The translations under genes were made by a program, and so were the position numbers. 41,548 nucleotides of DNA from a virus (taxonomy: Duplodnaviria > Caudoviricetes), in IMG/VR virus record IMGVR_UViG_3300044771_000029, positions 1-41,548 of that record. One strand, given 5' to 3'. The notes under the pieces are model-generated. The model saw nothing but the letters and a program-made list of their open reading frames with translations, was not told where the DNA came from and made no database searches. Below are positions 41,314-41,548 of this stretch, piece by piece (the first letter of the stretch is position 1; each line of letters starts with the position of its first letter).

Positions 41314-41548
41314 TTACAGAATTTCTAAACTGCGGACGAGCACGCCGCTAAGCTTGCGGTGCTTGAGAATGGTGCCCTGAATGCCAGTGCCGAAGTACTG
41401 ATACCACGCGTAGAAAGCGTAAGAGGCGGACTGCTCACACGACCAAAATACGCCACTTTTGAAGCGTTCCTGAGAGCGCAGATTGACGCGAATCAGACCG
41501 AGTTCGCGCAGGGATGCTGAGCGGTAGCCGTGTTTCTTGGCGCAATCG
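41314..41548 (-). CDS. DGR target protein C, 3' part (copy of target A with a different VR)
   Basis: 41422-41548 is identical to 165-291. The VR translates YAFYAWYQYFGTGIQGTILKHR and the protein ends SLEIL*. Confidence 0.88.
   Translation of the reverse strand, partial: DCAKKHGYRSASLRELGLIRVNLRSQERFKSGVFWSCEQSASYAFYAWYQYFGTGIQGTILKHRKLSGVLVRSLEIL
41320..41434 (-). repeat. DGR variable repeat VR-C
   Basis: Gap-free alignment to VR-A at offset 41257, with variable codons at 41356-41421. Confidence 0.9.

Larger units (their letters stand above)
1..41548. mobile_element. Temperate tailed phage genome (siphovirus-like), probably circular and nearly complete
   Basis: Terminase, portal, capsid, tail, lysis, replication, integrase and switch modules are all present and no host housekeeping genes are seen. 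Both window ends fall inside copies of the same 129-aa gene. Confidence 0.93.

Noticed and set aside
41320-41434. Third repeat copy as the DGR template repeat
   Set aside because: It has non-A bases at most variable positions (GGC, CTC, CGC, TTC), lies in an open target reading frame, and is upstream of avd. It is a VR.

Overview
The window looks like a nearly complete temperate siphovirus-type phage genome of about 41.7 kb, probably circular and opened inside a tandem repeat. The host is possibly betaproteobacterial (weak inference). Almost all genes are on the minus strand. Read around the circle, the modules are: a divergent Arc/Arc switch (8.1-8.7 kb); an early operon (CII-like protein, short tyrosine recombinase, HD hydrolase, C5 methyltransferase); a diversity-generating retroelement (DGR) cassette split across the window ends; primase-helicase, amino-methyltransferase and an octamer-repeat origin; XerC-like recombinase, Mor-like activator and large serine integrase; then packaging, head, lysis and non-contractile tail genes. 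The most striking feature is the DGR. It has three DUF1566/C-type-lectin-like target genes whose variable regions show the adenine-mutagenesis signature, and one 418-bp target unit is duplicated. The avd gene appears C-terminally truncated, and I found no template repeat or reverse transcriptase in the window. Other notable signals are a C4-type antisense RNA locus whose leader has 17 nt complementary to a recombinase ribosome-binding site, a tRNA-3'-end-like attP candidate inside the integrase gene, three copies of a 30-bp late-promoter motif, and REP-like palindromes translated in frame inside phage genes. Family assignments come from motif recognition by eye; no database searches were run.
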